A program made the translations under genes and the position numbers. Positions 16,063 through 23,702 of a DNA stretch of 26,783 bases are shown piece by piece. Below the pieces are notes generated by a model, which saw only the letters and a program-made list of their open reading frames with translations, made no database searches and was not told the DNA's origin. Source of the stretch: Bryobacteraceae bacterium (GTDB lineage: Bacteria; Acidobacteriota; Terriglobia; Bryobacterales; Bryobacteraceae); the NCBI GenBank assembly GCA_041484155.1, contig JBGPHB010000001.1, positions 1-26,783 on the forward strand, given 5' to 3'. Position 1 is the first letter of the stretch; every line of letters starts with the position of its first letter.

Positions 16063-17688
16063 TTAGGCAATGTGAATCAAGTTTAGCGGTCGCGACGAAT
16101 CCCCCGGCGAGAGACACCGCTCCACATCGGCCGCGAGCCGCCAATCCACAAATCGGTTCAGGCTATCGAAGATCCAGGACGGAAAGCGCGAACCTCGCAC
16201 GATCGCCTTTTGTTGGCGCAACCAAGCGTCACGATCTTCCACCCGAAAATCAAGGAGACGGTCATGGAACAGGGCCGCGTGCAGGGATATGCCTTCGCTC
16301 ATCACATTTTGGTGCAACTGCCGTACGTGGTTGCCAACCTCGGTGCAGGACATGGTTCGGTGCAACCAGTAGGGCGCAGGCGTTCTCAAATGATCCGCCG
16401 TGTGCAGACCGAACCGGCGGCGATTGGCCTCGGTCAGCATAGGAACTCCGGTTGCACGAGTGCTGAACGGAGCAAGATAGAAAAAATCTGGAGGATGCCG
16501 CCGGAGAAAATCCAGTGTGCGCGCGAGAGTGTCGGCGGTCTCGCCGGGGAACCCAATGATGAGCGAGACCAAACTAGTGATGCCGTACTTACGGCAGTTA
16601 TCGATGGCGCGGCCATTTGATTCCACCGTGCAGGCCTTATCCATGTTGTCGAGCTGGGTTTGGTCGCCGGATTCGACGCCTATCTGAACCTGGTGCGCCC
16701 CGGCGGCCTTCATGAGTGCGGTGGTCGCTTCATCGGCTAAGTCGTCGGCTCGTGCATAGCAGATCCATTTCACATGCAGCCGGCGCTCGATGAGGGTTCG
16801 GCAGAATTCCGTGAGCCGCGCCCGAGGTACGGTGAAGAGCGAATCGAGACAGGTGACGTATTCGATGTCGAGATTGAACAGGTAGTGCTCCCATTCCTCA
16901 ACCATTCGTTCCGCGCTCTTGTACCGGAAGCGATTGTCGGTGAATAGATACGGGTAGTTGCAGAAGCTGCAGCGGTAGGGACAGCCGCGCACGCTCTCGT
17001 AGTAGATCATGCGATAGCGGCGGCGACGGTCGTGCTCGGAAAGCATCCAGTCCGGGGTGGGAAGAAAGTCGAGGTTATGGGTTTCCGGCACACCACTATG
17101 GAGAACTTGCGTGGGTCCCCTTTGCTGGAGGCGCCCTCCCGCGGCCGGCCGCAATACCGTGAACCCCGAACGAATCCAGTCCACCAGTGCCGCCACCAGG
17201 AATTCTCCGTAGCCGGCGGCGAGCACGTCGACCTCCGGCATGCCTTCCCAGCGGTCGGCGAGCAGCCCCGCCAGAGGGCCGCCGACAACGATACGATTGT
17301 GCGGGCGCTTCAGCATCCGGATCAGTGGAAGGATCTCGCTCAGGTCGCTTAGGAATGTGGTCGAGAAGAAGATGCAATCGGCTTCCTCGACAAGCTTGTC
17401 CACCATGCCAGGCCGGTCGAAGAGATCGCCGTAGGTCGCCAGCGAGTACCCCATTCCAGCTTGGTTGAGAAGAGTCGCAAGGACGACCTCCGTGAGATCC
17501 GGCGCCCAGAGATCTTGGTCTTCGGAGCGCGGCCTTCGAATCAGGAATTCGGCGAAGACCAGCTTGATTTTCAGATCGAGCCAGGCGTGCTCCGAGGCCC
17601 GCCATTGCTCGAACAGCTTCCGCAGCGCGATCCACACCGAGGCCTCGGTTCCCGTGACCAGGCCTCCGGTCATGACCAGCACCTTCAT
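16063..17688 (-). CDS. Cobalamin-binding-domain radical SAM enzyme (class B methyltransferase/BchE-like architecture)
   Basis: CxxxCxxC in ESVRGCPYRCSFC. N-terminal B12-domain-like IVVGGPL and VLAAGYGE, then RFRYKSAERMVEE, WICYARAD, IGVESGD and LIIGFPGET. Start taken at ATG 17688. Confidence 0.9.
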   Translation of the reverse strand: MKVLVMTGGLVTGTEASVWIALRKLFEQWRASEHAWLDLKIKLVFAEFLIRRPRSEDQDLWAPDLTEVVLATLLNQAGMGYSLATYGDLFDRPGMVDKLVEEADCIFFSTTFLSDLSEILPLIRMLKRPHNRIVVGGPLAGLLADRWEGMPEVDVLAAGYGEFLVAALVDWIRSGFTVLRPAAGGRLQQRGPTQVLHSGVPETHNLDFLPTPDWMLSEHDRRRRYRMIYYESVRGCPYRCSFCNYPYLFTDNRFRYKSAERMVEEWEHYLFNLDIEYVTCLDSLFTVPRARLTEFCRTLIERRLHVKWICYARADDLADEATTALMKAAGAHQVQIGVESGDQTQLDNMDKACTVESNGRAIDNCRKYGITSLVSLIIGFPGETADTLARTLDFLRRHPPDFFYLAPFSTRATGVPMLTEANRRRFGLHTADHLRTPAPYWLHRTMSCTEVGNHVRQLHQNVMSEGISLHAALFHDRLLDFRVEDRDAWLRQQKAIVRGSRFPSWIFDSLNRFVDWRLAADVERCLSPGDSSRPLNLIHIA

Positions 17689-17718
17689 GAGTGGTACCCG
17701 ATGAAAGCCAAGCCCGGC

Positions 17719-17729
17719 CACTATATCAC
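17719..17729 (-). promoter_or_regulatory. Candidate extended -10 promoter GTGATATAGTG (copy 2), overlapping the cca stop codon
   Basis: Identical to 16002-16012 and about 30 nt upstream of ATG 17688. Confidence 0.5.
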
Positions 17730-19138
17730 TTCGCCTGCCTGGCCATATAGCCTTGCAGCCATTTCAAAGCTTCGTCGCCGGTAGAGAAGACGCCGTCCGC
17801 TTGAGCCTCATAGGCCGCGTCCGTCACTTCGCCGATATGCTTGCCCGGTCGATTCTCGAAATACGGAAGCACGTGCCGGCCGAGGATCAGCGGGGCTTGC
17901 GGCTGGTGATCGACGGACTGCGCATTGGCCATGTCCCGGATGCGCGCCGCTGCTTCGGGCAAACCGGGGGGACGCGGCGGGCGGCCGGAGGCGTCGGCTT
18001 CGATCAGGTGTACCAATTGTCCGATGCTCGCGGGGGCCAGGCGGACCGCCAACCGGCGGACGGTCCGGGGCGTCACGTCGGCGCCGATGCTCGAGTGGGC
18101 CAAATGGTTCTCGACGAGGGGAACCACCTGATCGACGATCGCGCTCTTGATGCCGATTCGTTCCAGGAACTGGCGCGCCAGAGGACCGCCGGCGGGCTCG
18201 TGACCATAGGCTGTCCAGCGCAGCAAACCCTCTTTCTCGCGCAGTTCCGTGGTGCCGGCCTTTGCAAAGTCGTGAGTAAGCGCGGCGAACAGCAGTACGG
18301 CGCGAGGATCGCCTTCGAGGCCGTCGCGTTGCGCAATCGCCGCAGCCGCGTTGACCACGTGCATCGTATGGATGCCGACGTCGCCCTCGGGATGCCATTC
18401 CGGGTCTTGCGGCACGCCGAGGATGCGCTCTAGCTCCGGGAAATGGACCATCCAGCCGGTTTCAGTCAGGTATCCGGCGATGCGCCCGGGCCGCGGGCCT
18501 TTCACGGCCCATTTCATGAACTCCTCGGCAATGCGCTCTTTGGGAAGCGTCGAGTATTGTTCGGCAATACACCGGCACATGCCGGCAGTCGCGGGATCGA
18601 GCGTGAGATCGAAGCGGCAAACGAACTGCATCCCGCGCAGCACCCGTAGCGGGTCTTCGCGGAAAGCTTCGCTGGTGGCGCGCAAGACACGGTTTTGAAG
18701 ATCCTCGCGGCCGCCGAAGAAGTCCAGAAGCTCATCCGTCAGGGGATCGAAGGCGAGAGCGTTGATCGTGAAGTCGCGACGGCTGGCGGCCTCGCGCGGA
18801 GTAATGGTTTCGTCGAAGGTGGAGAGAAAATCGCGGTGACCCGAGCCAATCTTGCTATCTCGTCGCGGCACGCTCAGGTGGCAGGTTTCGCCGGACGCAG
18901 TGAAATTGACGACGCCAAAACTCTTGCCTACCAGGTCGATTCGTCCGTACCTCGCCAGGAAATCGGCTAAGCGATCGTAGCCAATGCCGTAGACCTCGAT
19001 ATCGACGTCCTTTGCATCGATCCCCAGCAGGGCGTCGCGGATCGCTCCGCCCACCACCAGGGCACGGAAACCCTCGGTGCGCAGATCGCGCACGATGTTG
19101 TGCAGCGCGGGTGACAGCGAAAGATTCATCCTCTTCAT
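17726..19138 (-). CDS. cca: Class II tRNA nucleotidyltransferase (CCA-adding/poly(A)-polymerase family) with HD domain
   Basis: VVGGAIRDALLG, KDVDIEV (DxD), RRDFTINAL, EDPLRVLRG, ERIAEEF, WHPEGDVGIH and THDFAK (HD). Real start probably ATG 19138 or 19129. The extension to 19324 is a pseudogene remnant. Confidence 0.9.
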   Translation of the reverse strand: MKRMNLSLSPALHNIVRDLRTEGFRALVVGGAIRDALLGIDAKDVDIEVYGIGYDRLADFLARYGRIDLVGKSFGVVNFTASGETCHLSVPRRDSKIGSGHRDFLSTFDETITPREAASRRDFTINALAFDPLTDELLDFFGGREDLQNRVLRATSEAFREDPLRVLRGMQFVCRFDLTLDPATAGMCRCIAEQYSTLPKERIAEEFMKWAVKGPRPGRIAGYLTETGWMVHFPELERILGVPQDPEWHPEGDVGIHTMHVVNAAAAIAQRDGLEGDPRAVLLFAALTHDFAKAGTTELREKEGLLRWTAYGHEPAGGPLARQFLERIGIKSAIVDQVVPLVENHLAHSSIGADVTPRTVRRLAVRLAPASIGQLVHLIEADASGRPPRPPGLPEAAARIRDMANAQSVDHQPQAPLILGRHVLPYFENRPGKHIGEVTDAAYEAQADGVFSTGDEALKWLQGYMARQAK

Positions 19139-19172
19139 TGTCACAAGTCTAAGCACTACTTCAGTCGTACAG

Positions 19173-19370
19173 TTATTCATCCTGTAATACTTGCATCGGA
19201 TCCACGCGGGGACGAGCGAAGCCGCGGCGGCGACAACCAGCACGATCAGGACTACGGTTGACAGTGTCGTCGCGTCGGATGGCGACACGCCGTAAAGCAT
19301 CCCGGACAGTGCTTTGGTGAACACTGCCGCGAGACCCAGGCCGGCGACACAGCAGTGCCGATACCGAACC
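19173..19370 (-). pseudogene. 3' relic of an ADOP/MacB-like ABC permease gene
   Basis: One frame reads CVAGLGLAAVFTKALSGMLYGVSPSDATTLSTVVLIVLVVAAAASLVPA. A shifted frame gives RVDPMQVLQDE* (TAA 19173-19175). This is the typical C-terminus of acidobacterial duplicated orphan permeases, here with frameshifts and no upstream body. Confidence 0.8.
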
Positions 19371-19417
19371 GCGACGGTAACGGAGCGGGCCGAACGAAGT
19401 TTTCACAGCTTGCATTC

Positions 19418-19434
19418 CTTATAGTTTCTTTACG
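19418..19434 (+). promoter_or_regulatory. Candidate KdpE binding box
   Basis: CTTATA-GTTTC-TTTACG against the E. coli kdpF operator TTTATA-CTTTT-TTTACA: 5/6 and 5/6 half-site identity with the same 5-nt spacer. It lies directly upstream of the operon that encodes KdpE. Confidence 0.65.
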
Positions 19435-19486
19435 CCTTTGCCGCGGATCTTGATAAAGCTCTAAGGGCGTTTTCCTTAGCCTGATA

Positions 19487-19987
19487 TTGGTGCGTAAGAG
19501 TCAAGTCTGGGAGGGCCATGACCGGCCTGCTGAGGGGGCTTCGTCCGAGGGCTGCCCGAAACTCGAGGTCCACGTTATTTTTACAAACATGGCGGGCACA
19601 CAGGCCACGCTGAAAGCGGCCACCGCCCTGGCGCACGATCTTGGCGCACGCATCACCATCCTGGTCGCGCAGGTCGTGCCTTATCCTTTGGACCTGCGCT
19701 GCCCGCCGGTTCCCGTCGAGTTTACCGAGCAGGCGCTCTGTACGATGGCGGCTGACCAGGACGTCGAGACCACCATTAAGTTGTATCTTTGCCGGGATCG
19801 ACAGCGGACCGTCCGTCAGGCGCTCAAGCCGGACTCAATGGTGGTGATCGAAGGACGGCAGGGTTGGTGGCCTACCGCCGATAAGAGATTGGCGAGGATG
19901 CTACGGCGGGACGGGCATCACGTGATGATCGTCGATCCGCGGGAGCCCTCTCCCGTCGAAGCCGCTCTGGAGAAGGTTGAGCAGTGA
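19487..19987 (+). CDS. Hypothetical protein with a universal-stress-protein-like pattern
   Basis: VHVIFT...TQATLKAATALAHDLGARITILVAQVVP...VRQALKPDSMVVI fits a USP-like alpha/beta arrangement. GTGA overlap with the next gene. Start uncertain. Confidence 0.55.
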   Translation: MVRKSQVWEGHDRPAEGASSEGCPKLEVHVIFTNMAGTQATLKAATALAHDLGARITILVAQVVPYPLDLRCPPVPVEFTEQALCTMAADQDVETTIKLYLCRDRQRTVRQALKPDSMVVIEGRQGWWPTADKRLARMLRRDGHHVMIVDPREPSPVEAALEKVEQ

Positions 19988-22191
19988 ACACGCAAGCCAC
20001 AACCACCAAAGTAGTGGTGGCCACCACCGTGGCCCTCTCGTTCATCTCCTTTTGGCAGGCCGCCGCGGTGGTGCTGAACGACATCGCGTCCACCATGTAT
20101 TACATCGGTGGAATCACCGAACAAGCCATCGGCAAGTCCGCCCCGTGGATGGTGCTGGCGGTCATGCTGTTCAGCTACGCGGTCCGCTCCGTATACATGG
20201 AGAGCTGCGGCATGTTCGTTCGGGGCGGGGTTTACGTGGTGGTACGGGACAGCATCGGGCCGACGGTTGCGAAGCTCTCCGTTTCCGCTCTGGTGGTGGA
20301 CTATATTCTCACCGGTCCCATCAGCGTGGTCAGCGCGGGCCTGTACCTGGGAAGTCTGCTGAACGATCTGAGCGAGACGATGCATCAGGGCTGGCGCACG
20401 AATCCAACTTCTTTCGCGGTATTTTTCAGCGTCGCGATCACCGTGTACTTCTGGTGGAGCAATATCAAGGGCGTCCCGGAATCCAGCCACAAGGCGCTTC
20501 GGATCATGCAGATCACAACCGTGATGGTGGTCGCGCTTCTCATCTGGTGCCCGCTTACGCTGCTGCTGCGGGGAAACGTGCAGCTCCCTCCCTTACCGAC
20601 ACCCTCCAACCTGCACCTGACCAGCGAATCCCTGGGATGGTTGAACGGAACTTTCTTCGCGCAGATATCATTTGTCGTGATCCTGGTGGCGGCCGGCCAC
20701 TCCCTGCTGGCGATGAGCGGCTTTGAAACGCTGGCTCAGGTGTATCGCGAACTGGGCTATCCCAAGCTCAAGAACCTTCGGATCACGGCGAACATCGTAT
20801 GCACGTATTGTGTGATCTGCACTGGAGTGATCTCCATCCTGGCGGTCATGATCATTCCCGACGCGACGCGCAGCATGTATTACGACAACATGATCGGCGG
20901 CTTGGTCATGAATCTGGCGGGCCCCACGCTGTTGAAGTTGGGATTTCATGTCTTTGTCGTAATTGTCGGCGTGATGATTCTGGCCGGCGCCGTGAACACC
21001 TCTTTGATCGGCGTCAACGGAGTGTTGAATCGCGTCGCGGAAGACGGCGTTCTGCTGGACTGGTTCCGGAAGCCACACGCTAAATACGGCACCACGTCCC
21101 GCATCCTCACCCTGATGGCCTTGCTGCAGATCGCGACCATCATTGGCAGCAGAGGGGACATGCTGCTGCTGGGCGAAGCGTATGCCTTCGGGGTCGTATG
21201 GAGCTTCGCGCTCAAAGCGCTGGGCGTCCTGGTTCTGCGGTATCAGCGCCACGATCAGGAATACAAGGTCCCGCTGAACCTAACCATCGGCGGTAAGGAA
21301 ATACCGGTTGGCCTGGCGGCGACCACGCTGGTGCTGTTTCTGGTGGCGATCGCCAATCTGTTTTCTAAGAGGGTCGCCACCATCTATGGCGTCTCCTTTA
21401 CGGTGGTACTGTACATCCTGTTCCTGATTTCCGAGCGCGTCAACGCCAGCAAGAAGCGTGAGAAAAGATCTGATTTGGAGAAATTCAACCTCGAGCACCA
21501 GTCGCAAGTAACCGCGGAGACGCTCCAGGCGCGCCCTGGGTGCGTTCTGGCGGCGGTCCGCGATTACCACCGCATGTGGCACTTGGGGAAAGTTCTGGAG
21601 AAGACGAATCTGCGCCGCCACGATATTGTGGTGATGACGGTCCGTCCCATTTCCGCCGGCGCCGCGGAGTATGACCTGCGCGACGACCAGCTCTTCGCCG
21701 GTTATGAGCAGGAATTGTTCTCGCACGTGGTGTCGATGGCGGAAAAGGAGGGCAAGCGAGTCGAGTTGCTGGTGGTGCCGGCCGTCGATCCGTTCGATGC
21801 GATGGTGCAGACAGCCGCTACACTGCAGGCTTCCCGGCTGGTCGCCGGAGTCTCGGCGCGCATGACTTCGGACGAATTGGCGCGCCGCATCGGTTTGGCC
21901 TGGGAACGGTTACCGGAACCGCGGCATCCTTTTTCATTGGAAGTGATGAGCCCCGACCGCCCCTCGGAGTTCGTGAACCTCGGCCCGCACCCGCCACGCC
22001 TTTGGCCGGAAGATGTGGACCGGCTCCACAGGATTTGGCTGCGGATGTCCGAACAACAAGGGCTCGGCTCAAAGCTGCACCACCGGGATGTTGTGGGAGT
22101 AGCGTTACAACGTTTGGAAGAGGAGCTCGACGGCGGCAGGCAAGACGAGATTCTGGGAGCAGCGGAAAATGCAGTTCAAAAGCACGACTGA
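19984..22191 (+). CDS. APC-fold transporter, KimA/YdaO (KUP)-like candidate K+ importer with a cytoplasmic C-terminal domain
   Basis: About 12 hydrophobic segments. Motifs LNDIASTMYY, VVDYILTGPISVVSAG and AMSGFETLAQ align with the KimA motifs SDALSSVAY, VDYILTVAVS and LTGVEAIS. About 250-aa soluble C-terminus. Confidence 0.75.
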   Translation: MNTQATTTKVVVATTVALSFISFWQAAAVVLNDIASTMYYIGGITEQAIGKSAPWMVLAVMLFSYAVRSVYMESCGMFVRGGVYVVVRDSIGPTVAKLSVSALVVDYILTGPISVVSAGLYLGSLLNDLSETMHQGWRTNPTSFAVFFSVAITVYFWWSNIKGVPESSHKALRIMQITTVMVVALLIWCPLTLLLRGNVQLPPLPTPSNLHLTSESLGWLNGTFFAQISFVVILVAAGHSLLAMSGFETLAQVYRELGYPKLKNLRITANIVCTYCVICTGVISILAVMIIPDATRSMYYDNMIGGLVMNLAGPTLLKLGFHVFVVIVGVMILAGAVNTSLIGVNGVLNRVAEDGVLLDWFRKPHAKYGTTSRILTLMALLQIATIIGSRGDMLLLGEAYAFGVVWSFALKALGVLVLRYQRHDQEYKVPLNLTIGGKEIPVGLAATTLVLFLVAIANLFSKRVATIYGVSFTVVLYILFLISERVNASKKREKRSDLEKFNLEHQSQVTAETLQARPGCVLAAVRDYHRMWHLGKVLEKTNLRRHDIVVMTVRPISAGAAEYDLRDDQLFAGYEQELFSHVVSMAEKEGKRVELLVVPAVDPFDAMVQTAATLQASRLVAGVSARMTSDELARRIGLAWERLPEPRHPFSLEVMSPDRPSEFVNLGPHPPRLWPEDVDRLHRIWLRMSEQQGLGSKLHHRDVVGVALQRLEEELDGGRQDEILGAAENAVQKHD

Positions 22192-22205
22192 CCCATAATG
22201 ATAGT

Positions 22206-23702
22206 GTGACGTTCCAGCCGAACGAGCACCCGCGCGAGTTTGCTCTGTCGGGCGTCATCATCGGGACCTCGACGCTGGTGGCCTTGATCCTGCGTCCTTA
22301 CCTGGTCCCGACCAACCTGGTGGTGCTGTATTTGCTCGGTGTGGTGGCGGTCGCGATGCGCTGTAGCCGGCGAGTCGCGGTCGCCGCCTCGTTTCTCAGC
22401 GTGGCTGCGTTCGACTTTTTCTGTGTTCCGCCGTATCTGACATTCCGGGTCGCGGATTACGAATATTTGATTACCTTCGCGGGGATGCTGGTGGTGGCGC
22501 TGGTCATCAGCACCCAGACCGCAAGAATCCGCATGCAGGCGGCGAACGCGGTCGATAGTGAGGCGAGGACCGAAACTCTGTACCGCCTGTCCCGCAGGCT
22601 GGCGGGACAGACCCGCGTCTTCGATGTGGCAAGGACCGCGGCGGAATGCGCCGAAGAAGTGTTTCAGGTGCCCGTGGTAATTTTTCTCCCCGACGAAGGC
22701 AAGATTACTTTCCGGCGTCGCACCTCCGATCACCTGCCCATCTCCACGGCGGAGGAGGCCGCCGCTCAGTGGGTGTTCGATCATGGCCAGAAGGCTGGAA
22801 AAGGCTCGGACGCGTTTTCCGACGCAGCCGCTGTTTATCTCCCTTTGCGCAGCGCGCGCAAGACTGTGGGCGTCATGGGTGTTCTCCCCGATTCCAACCG
22901 CGATGTATTTTTCCTAGAGCACAAGAATCTCCTGGAGGCGTACGCAAGCCAGACTGCCCTGGCCATCGAACGGACTCTTAGCCAGCACGCTGCCGAAGAG
23001 ACCCGCATCCAGATGCAGACCGAGCAGATGCGCAGCTCCCTTCTGAGCGCGGTTTCCCACGATCTTCGGACCCCGCTCGCATCCATCACGGGCGCCGCCT
23101 CCACACTCCATTCGCAGGGCGAGAGACTGCCGCCCGAAACCCGCGGGGACCTGCTGGACAGTATCTCCGAGGAAGCGGAGCGGCTTGGCCGGTTAGTGGG
23201 CAACCTTCTCGAGATGACCAGATTCGAGTCGGGCGGTGTCGAGCTGCGCCGGGACCTATATCCTCTGGAGGAAATCGTCGGCGCGGCGCTCCAGCGGATG
23301 GAGCCTCAACTGGTGGGACGACCGGTGACGACACTGCTGCCCGACAGCCTGCCACTCGTCTCAGTGGATGACGTGCTCCTGGGACAGGTGGTGGTGAATC
23401 TCCTGGAGAATGCCGTCAAGTACAGCCCGCCGGGGACGCCCGTGGAAGTGGCGGCCGAAGCCGAAGAGGGCGGCGTCACGCTGGAGGTTCGAGATCGCGG
23501 TCCCGGCTTCGCTCCGGGTGAGGAGCAGCGCGTCTTTGAAAAGTTCTATCGCGGGAGACCGGAGGGCGTGCGCGGCGCCGGTCTCGGTCTCGCGATCTGC
23601 CGTGCGATCGTGGAGGCTCACGGGGGAACCATCGAGGCCTTCAACCGGGCGGGAGGGGGAGCGGTCCTCAGGATCCGCCTGCCCTTGGAAACGCAGCGAT
23701 GA
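22206..23702 (+). CDS. kdpD: Short KdpD-type sensor histidine kinase (DUF4118 four-TM domain, GAF, HisKA, HATPase), lacking the N-terminal KdpD and USP domains
   Basis: SFLSVAAFDFFCVPPYLTF, LLSAVSHDLRTPLASITG, NLLENAVKYS, DRGPG and GAGLGLAIC. Start taken at GTG 22206, just after the upstream stop. Confidence 0.85.
   Translation: MTFQPNEHPREFALSGVIIGTSTLVALILRPYLVPTNLVVLYLLGVVAVAMRCSRRVAVAASFLSVAAFDFFCVPPYLTFRVADYEYLITFAGMLVVALVISTQTARIRMQAANAVDSEARTETLYRLSRRLAGQTRVFDVARTAAECAEEVFQVPVVIFLPDEGKITFRRRTSDHLPISTAEEAAAQWVFDHGQKAGKGSDAFSDAAAVYLPLRSARKTVGVMGVLPDSNRDVFFLEHKNLLEAYASQTALAIERTLSQHAAEETRIQMQTEQMRSSLLSAVSHDLRTPLASITGAASTLHSQGERLPPETRGDLLDSISEEAERLGRLVGNLLEMTRFESGGVELRRDLYPLEEIVGAALQRMEPQLVGRPVTTLLPDSLPLVSVDDVLLGQVVVNLLENAVKYSPPGTPVEVAAEAEEGGVTLEVRDRGPGFAPGEEQRVFEKFYRGRPEGVRGAGLGLAICRAIVEAHGGTIEAFNRAGGGAVLRIRLPLETQR

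Noticed and set aside
6750-17688. Polyyne (caryoynencin/collimomycin-type) or carotenoid cluster
   Set aside because: Three desaturases are suggestive, but the fatty acyl-AMP ligase, ACP, thioesterase fusion and rubredoxin of polyyne clusters are absent, as are crtB/crtI-type genes.
19380-19990. c-di-AMP (ydaO) riboswitch ahead of the KimA-like gene
   Set aside because: No recognisable riboswitch helices or terminator. The space is occupied by the KdpE-like box and a coupled ORF.
22002-22205. N-terminal extension of kdpD given by the ORF track (566 aa)
   Set aside because: It overlaps the transporter's 3' end by 190 nt and is low-complexity. KdpD similarity starts only after GTG 22206.
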